This document shows positions 9,208 to 20,543 of a DNA stretch of 64,000 nucleotides, in pieces; within the stretch, counting starts at the first letter, position 1; the number at the start of each line of letters is the position of its first letter. The DNA is from an uncultured Nitrososphaerales archaeon. Its GTDB lineage: Archaea > Thermoproteota > Nitrososphaeria > Nitrososphaerales > Nitrososphaeraceae. Under the pieces are notes generated by a model. That model ran no database searches. It was given only the letters and a program-made list of their open reading frames with translations, and was not told where the DNA came from. The stretch lies in contig CAVPXM010000063.1 in NCBI GenBank assembly GCA_963709405.1, positions 32,001-96,000 on the forward strand, read 5' to 3'. The translations under genes and the position numbers were made by a program.

Positions 9208-12042
9208 ATGAAAAATCGTCCTCTGGCTCAAAACAATATAACGAGGATAAGGGAATCTCTTCCAATATCTAAAAGTTTTGACGGCGAACAATACATTTAC
9301 GAAAAATTCAAGTGGGAAGGCTTTGAATCTCTAACTGAAGTTCAACAGAAATCTATACCTGTCATAGGAAGGAAGATTAACACTCTCGTCATCGCCCCTA
9401 CCGGCTCAGGAAAGACTGAAGCCGCAATGATGCCTATACTAGCTTTACTAAGCAACATGCGCAACGCAGCTCACTGCCCAGACTCAAAGTCCATCGGTAT
9501 CAGGGCCATTTACGTGACCCCACTTAGGGCATTGAATAATGACGTATTTCGAAGAATAATAAAATATGCAGAGTCAGAACATTTGAAGGTACAGATCAGA
9601 CATGGCGACACAACTTTAAAAGACAAAAGGAAAATCACGGACTGTCCACCTGACGTACTTATAACCACACCTGAATCCCTTGCGATAATACTAGTGAATG
9701 AAAAGATACTCGACCATCTTAAGAATCTGCAATGGGTTATAATAGACGAGGTGCACGAGATTCTTTCGAGTGAGCGAGGTGCGCACTTATCTGTGAGCCT
9801 AGAACGGCTGGAAGTGGCCTCTTCATACGCGATTACAAGAGTAGGAATGTCAGCTAGTATAGGCAATATTCGTGAGGCAGCAAAATTTCTCGCAGGTTCC
9901 GAGAGAAAAAGCGCGATCATTGTAGATAAATCTATAAGAGCGTATGATATCGAGGTCAAGTTCATAAAAGGGTCGATAAACAGTGTTGCGACATTTATTT
10001 TGGATTATGTTCGGATAAATTATGCTAACTCAAATCGAAATGACGCTTCGATTCTACTGTTTACCAACACTCGAGATGAGGCAGAATACATTGGAACTGT
10101 TCTAAGAAATAATGACTTGATTCATGTTGATGTGCATCATGGATCTTTATCTAGAGAAATGCGCGAAGAGACGGAGCAGAAATTGAGAAGAGGAGGTGCT
10201 GGTATAGTTGTCTGCACTTCTTCATTAGAGCTGGGCCTAGATTTAGGATCGGTAGACCTCGTAATACATTATGGTTCCCCAAGGCAGGTAACGAAACTAT
10301 TGCAGAGAATCGGAAGAAGCAGGCATAAACAAAATCTTTCTGCTAAGGGATTGATTATAACAAATATTCCTGATGACGAGGCAGAGGCCCTAGCAATCAT
10401 TCGGCTTGTGAAGAGCGGTAGCGTTGAGGAGCAACGACTGCATAATGGGGCGTTGGATGTTTTAGCTCACCATATAGTTGGGCTCTGCCTCCAGAGTAAG
10501 AACGAGGTAAAAATAGACTTTGCATTTGGGATCATTAGAAAAGCCTATCCCTTTATTAGAACCACAATTGATGATTTCCTCGGGTGCATCGAACTACTTG
10601 GCACTAACCAGATCATAAGGTATAATATGAAAGACCATTCCTACAAACGGATGAGGAAAGCTTACAAATATTATTTTGAAAATATTTCAACGATCCCTAC
10701 CGTTTTAAAATTTGAAGTAATTGATTGTGTCAACAAACGTAGAATCGGTACATTAGATCAGCAGTTTGTTGGCGACTATGGCGAACACGGTAACGTCTTT
10801 GTACTAAAAGGCTCGCAGTGGAGAATCGTCTCTATCGATGAAAAACGAATGATTTTAAATGTCGAGCCTTTGCAAGTAGGTTCTTTAAACGTTCCATATT
10901 GGATAGGGGAAATGATTCCGATAGACCCCCTTACAGCTCAACATGTAGGCCAGATTAGACAGGAATCTTTAATGAAGAAGATTCTAACAGATGATACTGT
11001 TCGCAAAATTCATGAAGAGTTGCAAGTCATCCCGGGTGCAAATAGAATTGTAATTGAAAGGTCAGTTCGAATGAATGCATTGGTAATTCATTCATTGTTT
11101 GGTACTAAAGTAAATAATTCCCTAGCCTCGTTACTTTCAACACTGCTGTCTTCGCAATTAGGATATTCTGTAGAAGCGAAAAGTGATGCATATAGGATAT
11201 TCATTACATCCACTGCTAGAATAAATGAAGCTCATATTCGAAAAATCTTTATTGATGAATATAATGTAGAAGATGTAATAATCGCATCGTTAACTGGAAC
11301 CCCTAACATAAATTGGAAGGTATGGTCGGTAGCGAAGAAGTTCGGTGTTGTCAGTCGTGAAGCAATCTATGATAAAAAAGTAGCAAGGATGATTTACGAT
11401 AGATATTTTAATACCGTCCTTACTAGGGAGTCGATTAGAGAAATAATACACGACAAATTCGATTTTCAACTGACCAAGCAGATCATAATGAATATTCGAA
11501 AAGGAGACATCACCTTCCACTGGCGAGAGGTTGATGAGTTCTCTGACCTCGCGAGACCAATAACTGAGCATACGGCTAGATTTTCGTCCACTCCATTGTC
11601 TACAGAAAGTGGCGTAATTGAACTAATGAAGGAAAGATTAGAGAAGACCAAACATCGACTAATCTGCATGCGATGTGGTAATTGGGAAAGGATAATGGAG
11701 ACTCGCGAAGTACCTGAATCCATCGTTTGTCCACGTTGCAAATCTAGGCTTATTGGAGCAACTTTTTGGTCCGATAATGCTCTATCCCAGACAATATCCA
11801 TGAGAATAAAAGGGCTGAAATTGAGTTCTGAAGAAAATAAACGATTCGAACGGGTATGGAAGACAGCGTCTCTAATTAACAGTTTTGGGACTACCGCATT
11901 TAGGGTGCTTGCAGGTCATGGGATAGGTGCCGATACTGCAGCGCGAATATTGCGAGACTATGTCAATGATGACGAGATGTATAAGAGTATTTACCAGGCA
12001 GAGAGATCATACGTCATGACACGTGGATTCTGGGCAGATTAA
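9208..12042 (+). CDS. lhr: Lhr-family ATP-dependent DEAD/H helicase
   Basis: APTGSGKT, PLRALNND, DEVH, HHGSLS, CTSSLELG, QRIGRS and a C-terminal Zn ribbon. Confidence 0.92.
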   Translation: MKNRPLAQNNITRIRESLPISKSFDGEQYIYEKFKWEGFESLTEVQQKSIPVIGRKINTLVIAPTGSGKTEAAMMPILALLSNMRNAAHCPDSKSIGIRAIYVTPLRALNNDVFRRIIKYAESEHLKVQIRHGDTTLKDKRKITDCPPDVLITTPESLAIILVNEKILDHLKNLQWVIIDEVHEILSSERGAHLSVSLERLEVASSYAITRVGMSASIGNIREAAKFLAGSERKSAIIVDKSIRAYDIEVKFIKGSINSVATFILDYVRINYANSNRNDASILLFTNTRDEAEYIGTVLRNNDLIHVDVHHGSLSREMREETEQKLRRGGAGIVVCTSSLELGLDLGSVDLVIHYGSPRQVTKLLQRIGRSRHKQNLSAKGLIITNIPDDEAEALAIIRLVKSGSVEEQRLHNGALDVLAHHIVGLCLQSKNEVKIDFAFGIIRKAYPFIRTTIDDFLGCIELLGTNQIIRYNMKDHSYKRMRKAYKYYFENISTIPTVLKFEVIDCVNKRRIGTLDQQFVGDYGEHGNVFVLKGSQWRIVSIDEKRMILNVEPLQVGSLNVPYWIGEMIPIDPLTAQHVGQIRQESLMKKILTDDTVRKIHEELQVIPGANRIVIERSVRMNALVIHSLFGTKVNNSLASLLSTLLSSQLGYSVEAKSDAYRIFITSTARINEAHIRKIFIDEYNVEDVIIASLTGTPNINWKVWSVAKKFGVVSREAIYDKKVARMIYDRYFNTVLTRESIREIIHDKFDFQLTKQIIMNIRKGDITFHWREVDEFSDLARPITEHTARFSSTPLSTESGVIELMKERLEKTKHRLICMRCGNWERIMETREVPESIVCPRCKSRLIGATFWSDNALSQTISMRIKGLKLSSEENKRFERVWKTASLINSFGTTAFRVLAGHGIGADTAARILRDYVNDDEMYKSIYQAERSYVMTRGFWAD

Positions 12043-12062
12043 TGATTCTACGCAATAGAAAA

Positions 12063-13507
12063 TCAGGTCTTCGGATTTATTCTTGTGATAGAAGAGTAAG
12101 GTTTTAACGTAATTTCGGCATTTCCTTGTAGACCGTTACTTGCAAAAGCACCTATTATTCTAATTCGATCACCTAAAGCAAGAGAATTTATGCTCAAACT
12201 CAAATCTCGCCATCCTATTAGTCTTATTTCTCCAGAATCATCACCGAGCAGTGTATCGGTCATTGTTATCATTTCGTTATTCCTAGTGTTAATTTGCATA
12301 CTATTCGGATGCTGCAAAACTATTGCCTCTATTATGTATGGGATATTCGATGCTACTATGTCGCTGATCTTAGTCTGGTAGTTAAATGCACTCGGGAATG
12401 AAGCATCTTCATCCAACAACCTGATATAGGAATCGTTTATTGTCAGCGTTATGTTCGTGCCAAGAATCCTGCTTGGAACACACTCTATTAATGAGCCAGT
12501 AGTCATATCGCTTGGGACAAGGGCTTTATCAATTGCAACTGAAACCAATTTACCATCACCCAATAGACCCAAGCAACTCAAACTGTCTCTAGTATTATCG
12601 GTTCCAATTGAAATTATCCTCAATGTCATCATCTCAATGTCAGGTTGCTTATGCGAGGTCACTAACATGGTAGCCTCATCCCCGTGAATTTCAAAATCTC
12701 CGTTACCGTACTGAGGATTTCCGGGTTTGATTTTTACCCCTATTAGTTTAATTTTGGATCCAATGGTGAATACTTTAGGAATTCTTATCTCAGCCACATT
12801 CCAAATTATTGTACGCAAGGATCGTGTACCATCTTCGTTAAACAGCTGCATTTGCAGAGATCTGCTCATTCCCCCACGTGAATCTCGGTACTCAGAAATC
12901 CGCGGGTTCGATTTAATGTAACCTTCAATCACAATGTTATCAACCGGGGAATCTACATCATCTATAATTTTTGTTTTAGAATCCAAACTGGGAATATTGT
13001 TAGGTGACTCGTTCGTTTTTTCTAATTGACAATCTGTACCAATATTAACAATCGGTTTTCCGTCTAGTCCTGTCTTAACGTATCCTCTGCTTATTTTTAC
13101 CAAGTCTCCAGGTCGAAGCCCTATTTCATCAGGCACGTAAACCTGGTTGTCCCAAAGTTTGATTTTGATACTAGATTGATGATCATAGATTACCATAGTA
13201 CGATTTTTGACTATTTCGATATTATCCTTCTTTGTATATTCTCTTGGAGAATAAATGGTAAGGATCCTGCCATACAACGTCACGTCTTTAGCTCCTACGT
13301 AGAGGTCGCTTATAGATGCCGGGGACTTTTGCTCTCTAATGAAATACCCAAATCTGCAGCAACTAAAAAGAGTGCTCCCTGTTCAGTTAGATAACCCGCG
13401 CCGATCTTCTGTTTCTTTGCCTCGATCAAATCCTTCAATTTATCAATTGTTAAGTCACTTCTTTGTTCTGTCAAATACTGAAGCATTCTTTCAAAATCGG
13501 TGGATAT
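12063..13507 (-). CDS. rpa: Replication protein A (multi-OB-fold ssDNA-binding protein); one frameshift near 13320
   Basis: The ORF 12063-13283 has several OB folds (GDDSGEIRLIGW). The upstream frame encodes the RPA-like N-terminus KKQKIGAGYLTEQGALFLVAADLG. Start is approximate. Confidence 0.8.
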
Positions 13508-14036
13508 AGTTAATAAACCTCCAATAACATCTCAAGATCATTATATTAATTGTGATACTTCACTTGCCTATATATCTTGACCAATTCTATTATTGAGGTC
13601 AGATTTGCATATTTAAGGTTTAATCATTTGTACGCATAATGAAAAATTAAACCGTGACTTGCGAAATTCAAAAATTACTTTTAGGAGTACAACACAACGG
13701 AGACCCAAATCGTAAACAAGGATATGCAGATACATACCATTTTTACAATGCATTAGAAAATATTCTGAGGGCGTGTTTAGTAGGCCGGTCTTTCAGTTTA
13801 TTTTGGCAGTGTCCCCAATTTTATTAATGTATCAAATTAGGATCTGTAAAGTGTCATTAAAGATTCCTGAGATCGAAGATATCACCCATAGATAGTTTCT
13901 CGTCGACATTATCGTCTTGCCAAACCTCATAGGCTAGCAAGTGTTTGAATATTTACGGCCTCGATATTAACTAACTCATCTCGAACCAAACCGACTTAGA
14001 TAAGGGTATTTTAGGCATCATATACTGTTTAGCAGC

Positions 14037-14336
14037 CTAATTTGAGACTCTTTTAACTTGTTCATTGTCTATCTCAAATGTGAATCTAGAACCTTGAAAC
14101 TGCTCTGAACCAGATCTTTGCCAGCTTACGAAATACGACTTTGTAATACATTTTCCGATTATCTTAATTTCTTGCGGAAGTTGTGTGTATAATGTTTCTA
14201 ACTTCTCTGGATCCCTTGTCATCAATAAACTCCTTCTTCTTTTCATCAAATACTTTATTGCCACATTCTTGTGAACTTGACCTTCAACTGGAATTGTCTC
14301 TTGGCCGATATCGATAAGGAACTGGCGTTTAGTCAA
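14037..14336 (-). CDS. Hypothetical protein
   Basis: 99-aa ORF with protein-like composition (HKNVAIKYLMKRRRSLL), in an otherwise empty slot. Confidence 0.65.
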   Translation of the reverse strand: MTKRQFLIDIGQETIPVEGQVHKNVAIKYLMKRRRSLLMTRDPEKLETLYTQLPQEIKIIGKCITKSYFVSWQRSGSEQFQGSRFTFEIDNEQVKRVSN

Positions 14337-14435
14337 TCAAATACGATAAAACGTGCGAGTATACAAAAGCCTGTGGGTTAAAATTAGTAAATGTTTTGAA
14401 AAAAATAGGCATACATAATCAACTAGTTAATTAAT

Positions 14436-15473
14436 TGTTGTACTTCCTAACATAGGTGACATTATAGCTTACAGACATGGGTTACACTTCTGTCAAGAAG
14501 TGTATACATATAGAAATCATAACTAAATTCAACCTAATCCACGAAAAAGAATGGACTGGTGACACCATAAGCAATATTTGTAAAAAGTATAGTGTCTCCA
14601 GGAAAACTTATTACAAATGGAATAAGAGATATGAACAGAAAGGAACAGAAGGTCTATCCGATAGCTCAAGAAGACCCCACAATATCAAGTACAAGAAGAT
14701 AACATCTGAAATACAGGAAACAATACTTGATCTACGATTAACCAAAAGGTTTGGATGTAATAGGATCAAGTTTAGATTGAGAAAGATTATTGGAATCTCA
14801 TTAAGCACTCGAACCATATACAAGATACTAAAGAGACATGGTCTAAATGTTCTAAACTGTAAGACAAGGAATAATAAAAAATACAAAAGGTTTGCAATGA
14901 AACGACCTAACGATATGGTACAGATGAATATTCTTGGACCGTTTTATATTCGTAATTCCAGTCAAAGGAATTATTACATCATTAGCTGTTTAGACGATTG
15001 TTCAAGAAAAGTAGCTAGCAAGTGGTCTGAAAGAAAGAGGTCAGTTGATGTTCTCAATGTACTAGAGGACTGGATAATGACTAATGGTAAGCCCAAGAAG
15101 ATAATGCATGATAATGGAAAACAATTTACGTCCAGAATATTCAGACATTTCCTGGTACACAACCAGATAAAGGATAAACAAATACCAAATTCCTATCCGC
15201 AGTTACAAGGAAAGATAGAAGCATATAACAAGATAGTAAAGAATGAATTTCTAGCAATAGAAGATATACCAAACATAGATGATGGTAAACAAAGGTATGA
15301 TATCTTTGTAAAAGCGTACAATGAAACTAGAGAACATGGAGGCATAAATGGTCTTACTCCATCAGAGATGTTTCTACAAAGATTAATTACATCCACCGTA
15401 CATACAATAACAAGCAGCAAAGTGTAACCCATGTAGGTACTTAATAATGTAACCTATCTGTGCAAGTACAACA
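14436..15473 (+). mobile_element. IS481-family insertion sequence
   Basis: TGTTGTACTT...AAGTACAACA ends with long imperfect inverted repeats (CATGGGTTACACTT/AAGTGTAACCCATG) and a 6-bp target duplication ATTAAT (14430-14435 and 15474-15479). Confidence 0.9.
14477..15427 (+). CDS. IS481-family DDE transposase, first catalytic Asp apparently replaced by Asn
   Basis: HTH (SRKTYYKW..RY), rve core MVQMNILGPF, HDNGKQF, PQLQGKIEAYN, YNETREH. Confidence 0.9.
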   Translation: MGYTSVKKCIHIEIITKFNLIHEKEWTGDTISNICKKYSVSRKTYYKWNKRYEQKGTEGLSDSSRRPHNIKYKKITSEIQETILDLRLTKRFGCNRIKFRLRKIIGISLSTRTIYKILKRHGLNVLNCKTRNNKKYKRFAMKRPNDMVQMNILGPFYIRNSSQRNYYIISCLDDCSRKVASKWSERKRSVDVLNVLEDWIMTNGKPKKIMHDNGKQFTSRIFRHFLVHNQIKDKQIPNSYPQLQGKIEAYNKIVKNEFLAIEDIPNIDDGKQRYDIFVKAYNETREHGGINGLTPSEMFLQRLITSTVHTITSSKV

Positions 15474-15593
15474 ATTAATTAACTAATTAATTTCCGTTAT
15501 TAGATTTAATGATTTTAGTTCAATTAGGTACGCCACTCATCAACCAAATACAATACAAGAATCAAAAGGTCTTTATCCCAGATTTCATGAGAA

Positions 15594-15827
15594 ATGGTGT
15601 TGAAGCTCTCTTATAAAAGGGCGCCGAGGTCCGCTAGGCGAACTCGCAAGCCCCTACAGGACAATTGGCCTAAAGGTCCTGTCAAGGGTACATGGATTAC
15701 ATGTACATATAAAAAGTGCGCATTCACGTGGAAGTATTTCGGAGGGCGAAGATGGGCCGAATGTCCAATCTGTCATAGCGTTATGAAGGTTGCCGCATCT
15801 AAAAGAATTTTTAACTATCAAAGATAA
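15594..15827 (+). CDS. Small basic zinc-ribbon protein
   Basis: CTYKKC...CPIC cysteine pairs. Confidence 0.6.
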   Translation: MVLKLSYKRAPRSARRTRKPLQDNWPKGPVKGTWITCTYKKCAFTWKYFGGRRWAECPICHSVMKVAASKRIFNYQR

Positions 15828-16382
15828 CTTAGCAGCTTTTGAGCTCGAGGGTTTCAAGCCCAATTCTACGCGTTTTTGACAATATTGTGGGATTGTTATA
15901 TTCATTCATTAATTGCACACAATCTCAGACACGTATGGGATTTTTGGTAATATTCAGAATTCACTCTTCGGATGGGAAAAAGCTATGAATAATGATTTGG
16001 AGGATTTCTGCTCCTGTTAATTTGCCTTGCCAATCCCAGTCAATTCGCGAGTCCGCAGATGACTCCCTCTGTATTGATCGTTTAACTTCTAAAAAACAAT
16101 TCAGCGAGATCGCCCGGATCATTTTTCACATGATTATGCTGAGGAAAATTTGTGGCCTTTCTAAACGTCTTGGATATGGGACTAAATCAACTTATGCATC
16201 CAACGGATTCATTTTCGATTGTTCAATGATGCGTGTTTGGTTTATGATCCTCAGCGTTCCAATTGTAAGTCCGAAACTGATTAAGCATTCCCACAGCGAA
16301 ATATATATTGAAGCAGTCCAACTATTTTGAGACATTTGAATTCTTCCGTGACTTCATTGACTGAGTACGCTAGTATATAATG

Positions 16383-16456
16383 CGGGGTCGGCCGGATTCG
16401 AACCAGCGGCCTCCAGCGCCCAAGGCTGGCATCATACCATGCTAGACAACGACCCC
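16383..16456 (-). tRNA. tRNA-Pro(TGG)
   Basis: The reverse complement folds as a cloverleaf: GGGGTCG/CGACCCC acceptor, CCAGC-CTTGGGC-GCTGG anticodon arm, GGTTCGAATCC. Confidence 0.95.
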
Positions 16457-16557
16457 ATACATTTATTTCACAGTTTGAATTTCTTTAATTGTCGATAATT
16501 TTAAGCTTGTTAGCTACATATGTCTAAATATACCGTGAACATTTTGAATTCTGATAC

Positions 16558-17454
16558 ATGGATTATCTTGAATGCTACCGAAAAGCAGGTAAAATAGCAT
16601 CCGAAGTGAGAAAAAATTCCAAAACAGAAAACCACGTCGGTAGATCACTATTTGAGATATGTGAGTCTGTAGAATATGATATCAAGAGACTGGGAGGCAC
16701 GCCGGCGTTTCCAGTAAATGTTAGTTTGAATGACATTGCAGCTCATTACACTGCTGAGCCTAATGACACAATTACGGTTAAAGATGGTGATGTGGTGAAG
16801 ATTGACATTGGAGTTCATGTTGATGGCTTTATCGCCGACACCGCAGTCACTGTATGTTACAATCCGAAATATGACGCGCTTGTGCGAACTGCAGAACTAG
16901 CACTCGATGGAGCAATTAGAATAGCAAAGGCCAATACCAGTGCTAGTGACATCGGAAAAGTCATAGAATCCAATATATCCCAACATGGCTTCAGACCCAT
17001 CCAAAATCTGAGTGGACATTCCCTTGAACAGTTTAAAATCCACGCAGGTAAATCCATTCCCAACATAAGGACCATAGGACCTTCGATTGTCTTGGCTGCG
17101 AACCACGCCTATGCAATAGAACCATTTTTAACTACTAAGGACGGTCAAGGTGTAGTCTACGAAGGAAAAACTTGCAATATATTTAGCGTGATTTCCAGGA
17201 AGCCATTAAAGGAAAAGCACGTTAATGATTTCCTTGAGGACATTTGGAATAGATATAAAACGCTCCCTTTTAGTGCGAGATGGCTGACTAATGAATATGA
17301 AATCAACGAAATTATGGTGCTTATCGACACTCTAAGGAGAAAGCGGAATCTTCATGGATACCCTATCTTAGTTGAGGGTAACAGCAAGGTTGTAGCTCAA
17401 GCTGAACACACACTGATTCCATCATATAACGGTACTGACGTGATCACTCTCTAA
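16558..17454 (+). CDS. map: Type II methionine aminopeptidase
   Basis: AFPVNVSLNDIAAHYT, KIDIGVHVDGFIADTA, NLSGHS, AIEPF, AQAEHT. Confidence 0.95.
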   Translation: MDYLECYRKAGKIASEVRKNSKTENHVGRSLFEICESVEYDIKRLGGTPAFPVNVSLNDIAAHYTAEPNDTITVKDGDVVKIDIGVHVDGFIADTAVTVCYNPKYDALVRTAELALDGAIRIAKANTSASDIGKVIESNISQHGFRPIQNLSGHSLEQFKIHAGKSIPNIRTIGPSIVLAANHAYAIEPFLTTKDGQGVVYEGKTCNIFSVISRKPLKEKHVNDFLEDIWNRYKTLPFSARWLTNEYEINEIMVLIDTLRRKRNLHGYPILVEGNSKVVAQAEHTLIPSYNGTDVITL

Positions 17455-18190
17455 TCACTAAATATCAAAGATATGCGATATTATTCAGTGAAGTCGTTGT
17501 TCGAGGCCACCCCCAACAGATCAGACTGATCCAAAAATAATGCATATTTATTTTCGTCTCTACAATAAAAGCTATAAACTCAGTTCGAACCTTCTGATAT
17601 TCGATACATTTTATGTGGGTTAAGATATTACAGATTAAATTTGCCCGACTTACAACAGTACTTTCCGAATATTTGGATAATATTACTAACCTATTAGCGG
17701 GTATTTTGGCATATTGCCTGGCGTCTTTAAGTATTTATGACATCTTAATTAACTTTGGTTGAGTTAATGCAGTTATTGCCTCATTTTCATATGAACGATA
17801 GTTATAGAGATTCTGCTAAAGCTCGATCACGACAGATTTTAGATCATTTATAAGAAATTCTACTTTAGATTACTCCATTTTGTTACACCATGCTGCGCAA
17901 TACAGTAAAGAAAATTAGTCTTACCTGAAGGTATAGTTAACCCAGGAGGGTTAAATTTTCCGGGACTGCTGCGCTACGCTGCAAAGCTAAACACAAGATT
18001 GATATTGAAACCGGTCATTATGCACTAATTTGACTCCTGCATTATAGCAGTTGAACAATGCAATAAAAACACGCTATGATATTGCAAGCATCGAATATCT
18101 ACCACATTAGATTCATCAGTGACTGACTTCTCATAACAAGATGTTTAATATCTTTTATAAAGAATGGACCCTAATTTGCTTTGATAAGAG

Positions 18191-18397
18191 TTGAGCGAGG
18201 AAAGTCAGCCAAATCCGAGTCCAAAATTTGTGTACGCTGTTATAAAAATGCCTGATGGGAAGGAACATGAAATCCCTTTACCACCTAAGGTATTTAGTTC
18301 TGGAAGGCAGGGATACTATGCTCAAATACCTTCGTTCGTTTATAACAACGAGGTATATGGAGGGCAGATTCAGCTTTGGAAGAAAGGGTCTAAATAA
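18191..18397 (+). CDS. Small hypothetical protein
   Basis: 68-aa TTG-start ORF (PPKVFSSGRQGYYAQIPSF), with an AT-rich TTTATA element upstream. Confidence 0.6.
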   Translation: MSEESQPNPSPKFVYAVIKMPDGKEHEIPLPPKVFSSGRQGYYAQIPSFVYNNEVYGGQIQLWKKGSK

Positions 18398-18663
18398 TCA
18401 CTTGTCAGATTGCCTTATCATACTGATTTAATTACATATCCTAGTTCAAATGTAAGTAGCTCATTAGGAATTTATAAATGAAGAAGTATTCTTGATGGAA
18501 ACGCGGACTTATCGTATTGTCTCTTTGCTTTCATTTAACGGTGAAATAAGTGATATTCGAAAGAAGTCAAATGGTAAATTGACATGGTATACTTCCCATC
18601 TATGCTCAAACCCGGCTAATACAGTCAGCCGTTTATCCCATGAAATACGAAGATAATATCGCG

Positions 18664-19707
18664 TTACTTAAACTCATCTTCAAGTATTTTCTTCTTACGC
18701 GTCATCTGGAATAATTTATCTGCTCTTTTGATTGCATCAGCCCTATCCCTCCTAAAATACATTGACTGAAGAAGCAAATAGTTTTCAGGAATCACCATTC
18801 CGGTTTGATCGTCTGAGTAAACTATTTTAACGACATCGTCTTGAACTCGGAGTACTTCTTGATGGATATGTGCCATCTGGGTATCGCCATGTGGAAAACC
18901 CAATTCAATTGCTTTATTCCTAACGTTGGCGGTGCCTTTAGCAGAATTAAGTAAGGCAACCCCAAATTCACCTCTGAATACTTCTAAAATACTGTCTCTC
19001 GTGGGGGCTTTGCCATCAAATCGTATCAGCATCTGGTGAACATGCATCATCCTCGAAGGCACCTTCAGTGCATCAACGAACAGATTCGCGGAGGGGATAA
19101 AATCCTTCACATCGTCTTGATGATGTGGGTTTTTGTCCCATTCAATAGAATCCTTCACCTCTTTTGAATCCTCTAAGTCTGCCCATCTCCTGACCAACGT
19201 TACATCAAACCTTTTTATTTGATTTCCGTATTTCTCAATTAATGGTTGCATGAGTCTTCCCATTCCGGAAACGTTGCAGCTACCTTGAATAACGTAGTCC
19301 TTACCCGAAGCCTTGTCGTAATTTACTCGTGAGTTATGGATCATATCTGCCACGCTATACGGACCATACCTATCTTCTCCTCCCTGAAAAATAGCTGGCT
19401 TTTTTAAAGGTGTATAAAATTTCTGTTTATTTTCAAAGCCGCGGCCCTCCTTCGAAGCATCTAAAATAAAATCACTGCATTGACATGCCTCATCGATGGT
19501 CCCTGCGATCTTATACCCCTTCTGTTGAAACAAGTCAAATTTATCCGCGGGGACATATACGTCTATATCATTATCCAGAGCTTCAAGGATCTTATCATCC
19601 ATTGAATATTTAGCAACTCCGACCATCTTAATTTCATCGTCCATTAAGACAGCTGTAGCAAGACGCCTGCCAATATTTCCGTATCCGTTTATAAACAATC
19701 TTACCAA
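18664..19707 (-). CDS. gap: Archaeal type II glyceraldehyde-3-phosphate dehydrogenase
   Basis: INGYGNIGRR, IFQGGE, SCN active-site Cys, VIPEN. Confidence 0.9.
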   Translation of the reverse strand: MVRLFINGYGNIGRRLATAVLMDDEIKMVGVAKYSMDDKILEALDNDIDVYVPADKFDLFQQKGYKIAGTIDEACQCSDFILDASKEGRGFENKQKFYTPLKKPAIFQGGEDRYGPYSVADMIHNSRVNYDKASGKDYVIQGSCNVSGMGRLMQPLIEKYGNQIKRFDVTLVRRWADLEDSKEVKDSIEWDKNPHHQDDVKDFIPSANLFVDALKVPSRMMHVHQMLIRFDGKAPTRDSILEVFRGEFGVALLNSAKGTANVRNKAIELGFPHGDTQMAHIHQEVLRVQDDVVKIVYSDDQTGMVIPENYLLLQSMYFRRDRADAIKRADKLFQMTRKKKILEDEFK

Positions 19708-19952
19708 TTAATGTCCCCCTATAATTTCTAAGTCAACTTGAGGATATTATATACATTTTTCTTTGACCTAGAAAAATCTTACGAATGGTAACTTTGCAAA
19801 ATACGCGACCACATACTCGGCGCTGAATATCTATCTATATATATAAATTATGCGTATGAAAGACGTCATAAAGATGGTAGATTTAAGGTGTTTGTATCCC
19901 CCGTGTGTAGCATAAAGACTCATCTGGCGATTCCTGGTTCGGCGGTGGTTTA

Positions 19953-20543
19953 ATGAAGATTCTTGTTATTGATAACTATGACTCGTTCGTATATAATATT
20001 GTCCAAATTCTTGGACAAAATAGTGTGGAACCCATAGTTAGGAGGAACGATATGATCACGATGCGTGGCATTAAGAAAATACGACCTGATGCCATAATTA
20101 TCTCTCCAGGTCCAGGAAATCCGCAAGATCCTAAGTATTTTGGAGTCTGTAACAATATAATAAAAGACCTTGGACCAACGCTACCGGTGTTGGGAATTTG
20201 TCTAGGACATCAAGGGATAGCTAGTGCCTTTGGAGGAAAGGTGATCAACGCAAGATCTGTCACGCATGGTAGAACTAGTGTGATACGACACAATAATATT
20301 AGTCGCCTATTTGAGAACGTAAAGAATCCCTTTATCGCCACACGTTACCATTCATTAGTAGCAGATGCGTCTCGCCTACCAGATTGCCTCGAGGTAACCG
20401 CTATAGCCGAGGATGACAACGAGATAATGGCTCTGAGGCACAAGAGATATTTAATTGAAGGACTCCAATTCCATCCTGAATCTGTACTCACTTCAGAAGG
20501 ATCAAAAATATTATTAAACTTTCTTTCAATGATCAAAAGATGA
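19953..20543 (+). CDS. trpG: Anthranilate synthase component II
   Basis: IDNYDSFVYN, ISPGPG, LGICLGHQ, RYHSL, QFHPES; overlaps the start of trpD. Confidence 0.95.
   Translation: MKILVIDNYDSFVYNIVQILGQNSVEPIVRRNDMITMRGIKKIRPDAIIISPGPGNPQDPKYFGVCNNIIKDLGPTLPVLGICLGHQGIASAFGGKVINARSVTHGRTSVIRHNNISRLFENVKNPFIATRYHSLVADASRLPDCLEVTAIAEDDNEIMALRHKRYLIEGLQFHPESVLTSEGSKILLNFLSMIKR

Noticed and set aside
8966-9265. 99-aa - strand ORF overlapping the lhr start
   Set aside because: It has no motif and overlaps a real gene's 5' region.
15992-16330. 112-aa ORF next to tRNA-Pro
   Set aside because: It has no recognisable motif, and I could not establish a better frame on either strand.
17455-18190. 735-bp gap with a TTAACCC-AGGA-GGGTTAA hairpin
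   Set aside because: A single short hairpin in AT-rich DNA, with no repeat or RNA family recognisable.
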